The notes beneath the pieces were generated by a model. That model searched no databases. It was not told the DNA's origin and was given only the letters and a program-made list of their open reading frames with translations. From the NCBI GenBank assembly GCA_030704615.1, contig CM060731.1:19654001-19718000 (forward strand): a DNA stretch of 64,000 bases. Direction: 5' to 3'. Source of the stretch: Takakia lepidozioides. Its lineage: Eukaryota > Plantae > Bryophyta. This document shows, piece after piece, positions 41,020-53,395 of the stretch. The position numbers were made by a program, and so were the translations under genes. Every line of letters starts with the position of its first letter. The first letter of the stretch is position 1.

Positions 41020-43755
41020 TGTTGGACTGGTATATAGGTCTGGCCGGGTATCAACCTGGGTATTGAATAATCGACCGGGCTGGGGAGATGGTGGGGGGGG
41101 GGGGGGTTGAGTGTGCGAGTGAAGGGGTGGTGGACTAGCAGGGTCATGACTAGGGGTCTGGGTATGCGGGGATGAGTAGGAGGGGGAGGGAGCTGACATG
41201 GCGTAGGGGAGAGTGTCAATGGTATCAGTATCCTCGGCATGAGATGATTTAAGAATTTGTAGAATAGAGGGGGTAGGGGCGGTACGAAAAGCGGGGAGTA
41301 GATCTTGCGGACTGTGGGGAAAAAGAAGACATGGTAGGTCACATTCAAGGGTGCATGAGGCCGATGGGTGGCAAAATAGAGTACGGAGGTGGTTAAGGAA
41401 TCTGCAGGTTTTGGCAGTGGCTCTGGAGTGTTTAAGGGTGAATCCTATGGGGGTCAAGAGGCAGTTGCCGGTTTCTTACAGCACCGAGGTAGACGTAATC
41501 CCCCCCTCCCCCCCGCCATGTTCGCCGACTTTTAGTGCTGATCCTAACAACTCCACCGCCTTCATTCTTGAAGACATTCTCGGGGTCAGAACCCAGACAT
41601 CAACTGACGCGTTTGGCGCTACATGTCTGGAGACGTACTACCTTTGCAAATGGACCGGTTTTTCCTCAGATGACAACACTTGGCAAATTGAGGACGACCT
41701 CTTTGGTTCACATGATGATTGTGACCCCATCCACAACCTCGCCCTCCTTACTGCGTTCCATAAACGTACCAACATTAACTACCTAACACACACTCACCAG
41801 CAACATGTCTCTCAGGCACAACTCACAGATGCCCGCAACATTCCCTACCCGCTCGCCATTCCTCACATTCACGTCAACACTACCGAATGTAACCCTGATA
41901 AAGACATTGCCCACGACTCCCCCTTAATTTGTCAAGGCCCTCGGCAGTAAAAAATCTACGCCCTCAACGGCCGATACATTGGTCTCATCCCCAATGATCG
42001 GCTAGCGTGGCTCTGGCATAAATACTCTACTCCTAACCCAAAGGCATATCAAATATTGCTACCCAGACAGGATTTTTCTACTGAAATCTGCTAGTAATTA
42101 GACCGCTACCTTAAAGACATCCCCTCCAAAAAACCCCGCGTCCAATCCAAACTAATTCAAGCACACACTCACAGTACTATCCCCAAATAACTGTCTAGCC
42201 TTCTAATCTCCTCCTTCCAACTTACTCACTCCTACTACTCTAGCCTACTCATGTGCCCCATGGAACTTACCTCATATGCTAGCCCACACCATAGAGACTG
42301 CAGCTTTGGCGCCACTAGTCTTGCTACCCAGCATAGGTGGTCCGGTCACGGCTTTGCTCACCCCTCTTACTCCCAAATACAAGAAGCCCTCCAATGGGTT
42401 CGTATTGCTGCCCACTCATCCCCCTCTGCCTGTACTATTCTCCTACTCACACAACAACGGCCTCCCGACAACCCCCCACCCACTTCTACAACTCCCCTAT
42501 GGCGTTACCCTTCTAGCCACCTTTGAACCAAACCAGCTACTATATGAACACAACCTCTCATTCCCTAAATACCTCCGATGCTCAGAACCCACCACTACGT
42601 CACTGCTACTTGTCCAACACACCCATCCCACCTGCACGCCCATTACCCTCCCCTCTACCTTACACCACTTACTCGTACATACATGAGGGATGAAAGTCTC
42701 CATTACACCCAACACACATCATCTTCCCTCTACATCTTGCTCCTTACTCACCCTGTTTCCCAGAGTCAACCCAAGCAAGGCCTAGATAAGGGCGCTACCG
42801 CGCCCCTCTCCCGCCCCCTACTGACCCACCGGTCTCACATCTACGTCTGCCGCTCAAATTCTCTCCTTCACACTCCCATTATACAGATGGCTCCCAATCC
42901 GGCTCTAACGCTGGCTACGGTGTTTTTCACACTGCTAATAACGGTGGGGTAGCTCTTAGACTTCCAGGCCCAGCCACTATGTTATGCGTTGAGCTTATGG
43001 CAATCTTTGAAGCACTCTCCCAGCTGTCCTCCTTCTCCCCCCCATACTACATTTTCACAGACAGCCTTACCTCAATATTTCTTCTTCTCAACCACCTCTC
43101 CAGCCCCTCCTGCCACCTTCACCACCCAGACCGGAACCTCGTTGCAGCTATCATTAACCATGCGGCTTCCATTAATCACCCCATACACCTTTTCAAAGTC
43201 CGCTCCCACACTGGTATCACCGGTAACGACAACGCAGACCTCCTCGCCCAGGTAGGGGCCGCCCAACCCCCACTGGATCCCACGGCCGACCCCATCCATA
43301 TTGCTTGAACACTCACCCATTCTCGCTAATTCACCCAGTACCAAGCCCCCCTACTTACCAAACCCATACATAACCTAAAATCCACTCTCACACGCGAAGC
43401 ACACAAACAAGCCTCAACCTCTACCCGCCATACCAAAGCCCATCTCCAAAAATGGACACAATCTACATTCACCACAAATTGTCAAACTACTTTTGGCACA
43501 CCAAGACTGTCACCGACACGCAAATCCGCCAAACACTTAAATTTTGTTACGCCCAATACATGGGACACCAATGCAAGCACACCTTTTGGCCACGCCAATT
43601 CCTATCCCCCAATTGCCCGTTATGCTCACACACACATATAGTACGTGACACCTGGCCCCACCTCCTCAGTCAATGTACTCACCCCGTTATACATGGTCTC
43701 CGTGTCACTCGCCATAACCACGCAGTTTAGCACATCCATAAACTTCTCATGTCCA
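41020..43755 (+). mobile_element. Non-LTR retrotransposon fragment: chromodomain, RNase H, CCHC finger and start of RLE; 41020-41485 appears inverted
   Basis: Chromo-like FILEDILGVR...YYLCKWTGFSSDDNTWQIEDDL. RNase H: YTDGS, VELMAIFEAL, YIFTDSLTSI, KVRSHTGITGNDNADLLA. Then CPLC...HLLSQC and RHNHAV. Many stops and frameshifts. No RT domain in this copy. Confidence 0.85.
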
Positions 43756-44059
43756 GATCGGAACAACCAGAGGCTGCAAATGTGATCACAATAAAACAAC
43801 AAAAGTCCTAATGGACTGCATTAAAAGTTGAGGGCAATTTGGCTGCCCAAGGAGATTCTCATAATTCGGCGCAGTCAGGAATCATTACATTGAAGAGAAT
43901 TTGTTGTGCAGCATGCAGGGCGCTCAACCCTAAACGCCCTCTCCCTACTTGTACTTAGCTCCATCGCCGCTTGCGACCCTCAATAATGGTATCGCATGCA
44001 AATATCAACAACGACAACCCAGGCTCGTTTGGTATCGACGAGCAAATCCTTAACTCAAT

Positions 44060-45700
44060 ATCCACCCCAGTAGGTTATGGACCTGGGTATAATGTTCTTT
44101 CATACCAGTAGGGTATGTATGGTGCGTGCACATCGCGGAGAGTTACGAAGAACGTGCGCTCTTGCTTTTGGGGATAGGAACGTCCTTCCGTCAAACTCCA
44201 CCCCATGAGTAGCTTGGCGGGGCCCGATGGCGGGACACCGTTGGAGATGCTACGAGTAATGGTAGGAAGAACCATACTCCCCAGTGCTTGGGCGTGCAAA
44301 ACGTTGTTGTGGTGTTGTCGAAAATGGTCTAGGAGCTGTCAAATTCCAAAGCTTGTTTAGGTTGATTCAAGGTTATATGTGGGGCATTTGGATTGGTGCA
44401 TAAACTGTGGCTATGGGACCAAATAAGTGATTTAATAATTGTCTTTAATTGTGAGAAGAAAATGTATGGTAGTTGTGGATCGTTGGAATGGTGTATACAA
44501 ACGAGTTTAGCTAATGACGGTTCATGATATTCCATATAGGCCGGTAAGGGCAGGAGGGATTTATATATGACTGTGCGAGGGTCAAATATAGCAAATATGA
44601 GCACACGCGGGGGGTCTGCCAATAGAGGGTGATCACTGTTGACATGGTTGTTGTGTGGAATAAATAAGATGGTAAAAGCTTCATTGGATGCATGCAGGGT
44701 AGCTATGCGTGCTCAATGTATCGTTTCAGTAGCTAGGATTTTGTGGGGTGTACCTGCAGGGATTGGATTTGGAAGAGGACGCAACAATGCCACGCCTGGG
44801 TGCGGTGCGGAGGTTCATGTCAGGCCTCCATGAATGAAGGTGTTATTCGTCTTCTAAGTTGCCTAAAACAATCTTCCGCTTCGTTGTCCGAGTGAGAAGG
44901 TCGCCCTCGAGCCCAAGATTTCTACCATGGAGAGGAGTTCCCTCCACAAAACTTCTTACCGCCTCTGCCATCTTCAGAGGATCAGAAGACCGCGCTACCG
45001 CCCGATGTAATAATTGTTGGCGGTCGGGACCAGAACCCTTTGCACCACCCTTTAGATAAATATGGAAGGCCGATGACTGCAAAATAGCCCTTGTCATGTC
45101 GTCTTTGTTGGCTATTTACAAGTCCACTTTTAAGACACCACTCCCGGTCTGCCAGCTCACATGCACGGACTCAGACACGTGAAGGTGCCGGAGGACTAAG
45201 AGTGCCCACAACTACTGTTCAGATATCTCTAGAGATGTTGGAGGATGACCTTCCACTACAGAATAGAAAGCCGGTTTTAGAGACCGCCGTGTCCACAACA
45301 TGTTGGCACATCGCCCGGACGTCCGACACTTCAAGAGTAAAGTGTTGGGCAGTACGGTCTGACAGTGCAGATGCATGCAAAGAAGAAATCCGTCCACTCC
45401 ACAGTTTGGGTGTTCCTGCTCCAAGATATGTGGGTCACCACCATCCTCCGGCTTTAGGCACACTTGCCATTGATAGGATCTTGCTAAACCTAGGGAACCA
45501 AAACATCGATCAGTTTCGTATAAATTGGAATAGTTTGTCATTTCCAGTAGACATGTGAGAAGACTGGAGTAATATGAATGAGTGAGATGAAGTTTTGTGG
45601 TAAGGGAATCCACGAGGGGTGTGGGAAGTATTGAGTGGGAGTGCGTAAGAGACCCCATTGTATCACCACCTGGTAAATGGGGTTTACGGTTCAAACACAC
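44060..45700 (-). mobile_element. Decayed fragment of the same non-LTR family, interrupted by a ~670-bp insert (about 44797-45463)
   Basis: LHLTHSYYSSLLTCLLEMTNYSNLYETDRCFGSLGLA matches FQLTHSYYSSLLMCPMELTSYASPHHRDCSFGATSLA (about 42215-42325). ARIA...FTIL matches VRIA...CTIL. Confidence 0.78.
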
Positions 45701-46244
45701 TCACAACAGTATACCCACTTCTAAAAGATATAATCATGAGGGGACATAGAATGAATGCCCATGAACAATAAACCAATTCAGACTATGGCTGACCAGCCAC
45801 AATCAGTGTCATTCTAAGTCATGCAGGAGATGGAAAAAGAGCCAGCATGTAATGGAAGCCAAATGTGTCTGGTAAATGCATGACAGGGCTGGAAAACCTG
45901 AGTTTGGATGAGCATATTGCACATATTCTGCTGCTTTGGGCACAGGGCGGGAAAAATGGTGTGTTCCTGTCAAACCGCGAGATACATATCAGATATTCCT
46001 GCCCCCCTGTCATGTATGACAAGAACTTCCTTCAAACGCATACAATGCCAGACATAGCAGAAAATGAGACATGTCCACACGTTCTCCCTCGACTACATAA
46101 GTGGGTCGTAGGAACACAGCCACTTGTGTGTAGAATTGAGAGCTGCTTTGCATATTCGTCGTCATTTTTTGTATTACCTTTCAGACCTCAGACTTGTATG
46201 TGCCTTCAATCTGCCTTGCATTTCTTTCATTCCACTTCCTTACA

Positions 46245-46649
46245 ATGTCGGATGTGTTGCTTGAATCGGCTTCCTCCTGGTTACAAGAGCAGCCTGAATT
46301 CGATGAAGGCACAATGAGGGAGCTCTTGGGTGACCTCAGTGGCATCATGGGGTCCCGCATTCAAGTCTTGGAAGCCTTGGTGGACCGGTCACAACCAACA
46401 GTAGGGGATATAATTCTTAGGGGTCATGAATCCGTCGCAAGAGTGGGATGGTGTGGCTTCTACGACGAGAGCAACACGGTTGCTGCAAAAGAACCTAACA
46501 AGCTGGTCCTCAGGTCCAGATTCTTGTGTGCACCAAACAAGGAGTGGGGACCAGTGGCTTTGGGCTTGGACCCTGCTCAAGAAAACGAATGTTTCCATAT
46601 ACTCATTGTATTCCAGTGGCTAGATGGTGCTTGGGACTCCATAAGATGA
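46245..46649 (+). CDS. Hypothetical 134-aa intronless ORF (element cargo)
   Basis: Open ATG-to-stop frame MSDVLLESASSWLQEQPEFDEG...WLDGAWDSIR with protein-like composition. No recognised domain. Confidence 0.45.
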   Translation: MSDVLLESASSWLQEQPEFDEGTMRELLGDLSGIMGSRIQVLEALVDRSQPTVGDIILRGHESVARVGWCGFYDESNTVAAKEPNKLVLRSRFLCAPNKEWGPVALGLDPAQENECFHILIVFQWLDGAWDSIR

Positions 46650-48163
46650 TTGATGCACTTCCATCCCCCATACAGAGGTTGATTTAGAGGAGAGCTTCAC
46701 CATCAAGACCATGGACAACCGCAGGTGAAATCTGTGTTACTCTAGAGGGCAACACTATGCATGTAATGTTTGCTTCCATTATGCACATGCCCAAAAACAC
46801 CTCTTCTGTGTTTTTGCGAGTGTTGCCTAAGTGGGGGATGAATCACTTTCAGCATTCCATTCACTTTTTTCGGTGGGATGTCCATGTGGATGTGTGGAAG
46901 GAGAGAATGGTGAGAATGGAGACAAATGTGCCTACGTATGATTGGAACTTCAAGGAGGTAGACTGGTTAGAGATTTACTGAATGAGTGGTGCCTGGCCTG
47001 TTCGAGCATGGTACCATTGTCCGTTCCATCTTGGGAGAAGGCCAGTAGGTGGTATTCGTGAGGTACTGCAGGTGATTGCATGTGCCTTCTGTAGGATTCT
47101 TTGTAATCCACTTCTGTCTTTTATAAAATACTCCCTTCCCCTGTTGTCGCACACAATCTCCCTGTTTCAGTTTGCATAGTCTTTGCATTGGGTTTGTTGT
47201 GTTTGTGTACTGTGTTGTATACATGGATCCATGTGCGGACCTGAATTGCTCTGAATGACATATGCCAATACCTGACATTGAGGTGACAGACCTCGTCTTC
47301 TGCAAATCCTGTTGTGCCATCTTCAATTTGTACTTTATCAATCCACAATTATGACAAAGATATAGTTTTACAATTGGCATGGTATGGTATGGTATTTGGA
47401 AACCACTCCTCGTTTGGAAACCAATTAGCAGATGGTATGACATATGAACGATGGTACCAGCCCAAAGCCATGTTCAATTACAAGTTTATGACATTGCAAT
47501 GGTCCCCAAAATGTATCAGGTTTGTTACATACCACAGTGGGCCTGCAACAAAACTTTCATACCAGTCTGCTCCACATTATGGAGGATTGTTGTTTGGGCA
47601 CATACTGGTATACCATGATGACCACAATACCAACTGGTATGAACCCAAATGATGCCAACACCAGCTGATGTGAGGTATTTCCAATGATGTCATTTCGAAG
47701 CCATAAAAATAGTGATTATGAACAGTGTTAACAAATAAACTACACTTGAAGAAGTTAATATACATAACTACAAGTATGTGGTCACATGTGCCCACGCATT
47801 ATTATAGAACTCAAATGGAGAGGAGAGAAAATGGACACCACCTTCCTCTGGTATATGGCCAAGTATTATCCCAAATGATAGGAAGTGCTCTTGTATGCCC
47901 TCCCAGTGCATGTATTACCGCGCCATGGTTTTGAATTCTCAACTGTATTACATGTGATATTGGCGGGAAATGGAGCCCAGGCGGGTTGGGGCCTGAGGTT
48001 TTGCCTTTGTTGCGGTCTTTCACACGTCCTCCTCCTCTTCTTGTGTTTTTCTCTTTCCGCTGTACCAGACGTCCTCCTCCTCGTCCCCTTGTAGCCTTGG
48101 TTGCACATCTGTGTTGCAGACGTTCTGTATGTCGTGTTGTGTTTTCGTGCTGTGTTTTTGTCA

Positions 48164-48806
48164 ATGGACTATCCTCCCTCTCATTGCTATATGGCTTACA
48201 CCTCCGCCGCCACCGCTTCGCAGTTGAAGGTGTGTGTACAAGATGCCCGAGACATATCCGAATCTCTCCCGCATTCTTCCACATGTACACACACTCTTGT
48301 TTCTAGCATTGTTTTTGGTGCGGGGATGCTGAAGCACGTCTTGCTTGAGGGCGTAATGTATAAGGCCAATGCCCCGAAAACATATGGGCTGCAGTATGTA
48401 ACAATGGGCATCCCTGTAGGCATTTGGGATGTACTTGCCATGGCAGCGGAAGATAACAATTACCGTCTGGACAACACAGTGAAGGCTCGCAAATCTGGGG
48501 ACCATGTGTGAATGGAGGTGAATATTCGGAGTGGAGGAGAACATCTTCTGGATGGTGGAGGCTGATGTGTCCGGGGCGCTGGCAAAGATTGCAGTGTTGG
48601 ATCTGAGGAAGTGCCTATAAACTACAAGGAGCAACATCATCGTGAAGGGCAAATTCACAATGCGGTTCAAGAAATACATTGTTTCAAAAGGCCCAGACAG
48701 TGTACCTTGGTCACTGGGCACCACCGCAACTGAGGCTTTCTTTATGGACAAAACCAATATTGTGGAATATTGTGATGTCGATGAGGTAGCAGGGAAGTTC
48801 TTCTGA
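48164..48806 (+). pseudogene. Decayed ~210-aa orphan ORF (element cargo)
   Basis: MDYPPSH...YGLQYVTMGIPVGIWD...GDHV*MEVNI, frameshift at about 48525, then FGVEENIFWMVE...CL*TTRSNIIVKGKFTMRFKK...WSLGTTATEAFFMD...GKFF*. The stops at 48509 and 48618 are consistent with TGG>TGA and CAA>TAA. Confidence 0.5.
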
Positions 48807-49268
48807 AGTTGTGGATTGACAGGGCCTGTCCTCCATTTACCCACACTCATATGTCTTTGCTCATGCTTCTAGTGAGCATTTCATGTGGACAATAGCTTCA
48901 GCCCCTGACAATGTGTATTCAAATACCCACTGCTGCAGTGAATGTCTTCGTACAATGCAGGGATGTCCTTATTTTTGTTGATGTCTGAAATACAACAAGT
49001 GCGTGGACGATTTGTGTATGTTGCACCGTGTTAAGTCCATTGTACATAATGGCTTGTGACGATTTACGAATGTGAACAGACTCAAACATAAAAGGACACA
49101 TTGCAACCTTCCTGTCATACATGGTGACTCAGCATATCCCTGTGCATGATGGGGCTTCAGATTACTTGGGGTGCATGTGTGCCATTTGGGGTAGGCTGGC
49201 AGTGGGCGTCCCTCATAGTGATGCGTACTCTTATCCCTCGCTCATTCATACAGTGAACCCCTTATTGC

Positions 49269-49714
49269 ATGGCACTTGAACATGATGGAGACGAGGAATT
49301 TAATCCTTGGGATTACGTGAATGAAAGGCAATGTGCATTGGAAATGGGGGTTGGAGAGACATGTGTCTTGGAATACGTTCCACAAAGCCTCGAGTGGTAT
49401 GGTCCAGAGACACTTGCACGTCGGGTGTACATGCATAGGCGGTGGGCTGGTTTTTTCGAGAAGAACGATGTTGCATGGGAATTCATCATAAGACCCCATG
49501 CACGCTGCCCTGTATGCATGTATCACTACGGAAATCCTAATGGCAGTCATTGGGGACCTTACGTGCAACATATCGCAAGTATTGGAGGGTGGAGCACAAA
49601 ACTTTGGCATGCATTATATTTAATATCCTAACAGAAGATGACATTCGAGCGGTCTATCCGTTTTTACCATCAATGGACTATGCATATGAGTACGACTGGA
49701 TTGTCAATGGATAG
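49269..49714 (+). pseudogene. Orphan ORF of at least 120 aa, probably frameshifted near 49625 (element cargo)
   Basis: MALEHDGDEEFNPWDY...RCPVCMYHY...HW..., with a plausible continuation LTEDDIRAVYPFLPSMDYAYEYDW in another frame. Confidence 0.42.
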
Positions 49715-50129
49715 TTCTTATATGCATGTTTACAGGGTGCACACAATGTGAACTACAGTGAGTCAAAAGACAATGCAGGAAAACAATGTTGTGTTGTTTG
49801 CTTCAGTAAAGAACCACATGAAGCATTTTTGAGCACAAGCACATCATTGTAGACATGTGAGGATAGTGTGTACAATGAAATTAAGCATTGCAATGACAGT
49901 GCAAAACATTCATTTCATTTTGCTGCGACAACTATACCGAGTTCTGGTTCTAGGCTGCGAAAGGTGGGTAGCACGGACAGGAGGTTGCACAGGGTGTTCA
50001 GGAAACCTGACATGTGGTGGTCGTGCGTATGGGAGGCCATGTCCTTCTGCACCCTCCAATTCTGCCATAACCAAGTTGCGAATGTTCCCTCTCTTTGCCA
50101 AAGCAGTCTCAACGGGGAACCATTGGAGG

Positions 50130-52570
50130 TTCAGCTGCAAACAAGTTCCCACACTGAGAAATTGCACCGCAAAAATGGATGTAGGGGAAGCACGTCGAAA
50201 GAAATAGCCATGAGCACTTCAGCAAGCAAAACATCCATATTACGGTATTGGAAAAGTGTGCTTACCGGGCCTGCGCCACTTGGTTTTGGATTCAGAAATG
50301 TTTCCTCCAAGTACACATCAATGTAATGAGCAGTAAACATGCCACATTCCCAGTTGGAGACTTGTTGGGGCACAAGGGGGGTCACCCACCGCTTTGGGTG
50401 TGTGACCTCTGTCCATTTTGGGTTTGGAGGGTACAATCCTAGCAGTACAGCCCACACTCTTGCAAACAGAGGGCTTCAACATCTTGTGTTTATGCGTGCT
50501 TTTAATGAAGGTACCGCTCGTGTTCCAAAGTAACAACACTCTAGTGGTCGCTACACAAAACATTCACACCTTCAGCTTAGTCTTCATCAGGATGTGCATG
50601 AAAAGGAACCCATACGCACGCAAGTGATAGGAACAGAGGCAGGTTAAATTGAGAAAACTCACTTAAATGTAACAGGGACAACGAGCACTTTGACACCAAC
50701 ACAGTCAAGGGTAGGGAACCTTGTGTCCACCCAAGCCTGTATGGAGCTCACTCCGTTTCCGAATTTCTTGCAATGGTCGTGAAGGGAAATCTAGGCAAAG
50801 CTGTCTAGCACACGAATTTTACTGCACACATAATTTGGAAGGGAAATTTTTTTGCAACACACCCAAAAGTCCATGACACACTTGTCCAGCCCCTTTTATC
50901 TACCAGATCATCTGCATCTTCTAGTCTAAGAGGGATCTGAGGGGACAACGAATATTGGAAGAACCAGACGTCTGTCTTCTTGCTCACCACTACACCACAG
51001 CAAATCCTGAACAGACCCCACAGAGCATGTCAAGTGGCTGCATGGACAATGTAAGCACACATTGTAGTTTCAAACATGATTGAAGGTATACCATAAGATT
51101 TACGATAAAGAAGGGTGCACGAGCATTGAACTCACATCATGTTTTCCATCGCCTCATGAATTCTGCGCATCCACGAACACATCGCATTATCATAATAGCA
51201 CAATCTGCATAACAGTATCACTGTATGGGCCAAAAAAACATGTGCATGTGCAACGAATGCAAATGCTTACCTAGACAATGTTTTTTTTCGGAGGGCTGCA
51301 ACTACTTGTTTATCGGTGGATGGAACTTTACATAGCGGAGGAAGGTCTGCACTGGCAGGTGGAGTGGTATGGGTGGCAATGGGATTGGCAAAGGCAATAG
51401 AGCGAGAGCATTTAGGTCCTTTGTGCACACTCCCATGCACATCACCATTAGATCGTGTCGTGGCGTATGTGTTGTGAGGAGTATTGAGACCATCAAACAT
51501 CATCTTGAAACGACAAAGGGGGGAAGGCAAGGCCATAATCTGCCAATGCTGCATATCATACTGTTCAAGCAGTTCACCATTAGGGGTTCTCCAAGATCCA
51601 ACTTTGGTTACTGCAGGTTGCATCCTCATCAGTAGGATATCGGACACTAATGGGGGGAGGACTCACAAAGGTATGTGCTGAAGTGAAAGACTCCAAAGGG
51701 GGGGGCGGTCCAGCAAAGTCAGGGAATACTTGACTGCAAGACAAGTCCATTTCAAGTTGAGTCAGGGGACTTGTTTCCGGACAAAGAAGGTCGGCATAGA
51801 CTTCTGAAAAATGCACATTATGTTCGGGGAGGTGGTGGAGAAGTCATGATGCTTCATCATCAGGTGTGCATTCAATCGCTTTCCCATTGTTGGTTGTGGA
51901 TGCAAGGTCATCAGTATTCCCCTCTGAGGGCATGCCTGCTGGAACAAAGAGGACCAGTTTCCGCCGCCTGCTGCACCTCATTTTCTCCATTTTGTGACTG
52001 AGGCATGGTTTTGGTGGCAAGCTCCACAACATTGTACAATGTTGCAATATTTGCATTCGCGGGGATGGCTGCAAGGTGTGCGGTCGTCTGTGTGATGGGT
52101 GATGAATGCAGTTGCTGGATGACACCCCACTTCCCAACGTCACCAGCCGCTTTTGCAAAATGCGCTTCAGCCACCCCCTGCCTAGCTCTGATGAGAGCAT
52201 CTGCACTGTGTTCCACACTTTTCAAAGCCTGCAACACGGGGGATTCACCATAGTTGAAGCTGCCTGCACACATCCAAAGCAGAACTTGCACATGAGGCCG
52301 GGTTAAGGATGGATTCAGCACTCGACAACATGGTGGACAATATTATTTGCGAAATCAATGAAATCTTGCAGCGTGGACATTCAAAGCATTGTAATGGCAT
52401 ACCTGGTGGGCAAGGAAGCCACCCCATATCCAAGTCCTCGCGATACCTCAACATTTCAGTAAATTCAAGGATGGCTTTATCAACCTCCATTCCTGGTTGT
52501 CCCCCTCCAAGTCTGTCCTCAAGGTCTGCCACAGAGTCCAGGGTAGTTGCAACGAAGAGTGGACCAAAAA
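50130..52570 (-). pseudogene. Ulp1/peptidase C48 (SUMO protease) family gene, spliced and decayed
   Basis: IRVLDSF...VLVVPVTF|NDH*SVVTL gives the catalytic His at 50544-50546, with the following Trp changed to TAG. VPQQVSNWECGMF carries the oxyanion Gln and catalytic Cys (about 50345). The long upstream region has frameshifts. Confidence 0.75.
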
Positions 52571-53395
52571 ATTGAAGATGTGGCCTACATAAAAGTACAT
52601 AAGATAAAAAAACAAAAATCGTGAAAAAAAACCAAAACATGGATTCACTTGCACTATATCATGTGGAACGTCTATTGTTGGGATATTGTCATTTCAAATG
52701 GGAAAAAGAGAGATGTTATGGAGGATATATGCCGTCACGTGTCATCGGTGACGTAATCCAAACTTGACCATAATCACAACAGTACATGTTTTTGAAAATT
52801 TGACCTTGGCCCACCCTTCATCTATAATAAATGGTTGTATTTAATGAAGACAGTTCATGGGGTATTTTGGTTTTCATATTGTAAACTTTAAAGGACTTTA
52901 TGAAAATGGTTGTTATTGGTAGGTTGATAAAGTACATAAAATTTAGTTTAATGAGTAAAAATGTTAAAAAACTCTCACACTAGATTCTTTATCATAATAG
53001 CAAGGGAGGGCCAAGTCCCTTATTCCAATTATGTTACAAAATCTAACATATAATGAGTCCATAACAAGTTTTGTATGGAATGTAACAAAAGCTTATGGAC
53101 TTTTCATAAAGTCCATCACTTCTAGAGATAACGGTTTTTGGCGGCAAGTCTGAGAAAGTAGATACTACATGTAGATAGGTACAATGTTGTGAGTCTCTTT
53201 TAATAAATTTCATAGAAATATAAGATTGTAGATCAAAACCAACAAACTATGTACAGGAAAAATGACGCAGTTACGTCAAAAAATGGACACTGTAGGCTGC
53301 AATCACCCTCCAGCACCTCTGTTGTAGCTTGCTCATATGGTGCCATGCAACCATACAGAAAGTATCCAATGTCAAAGAAATTATTGGCTGCATTT

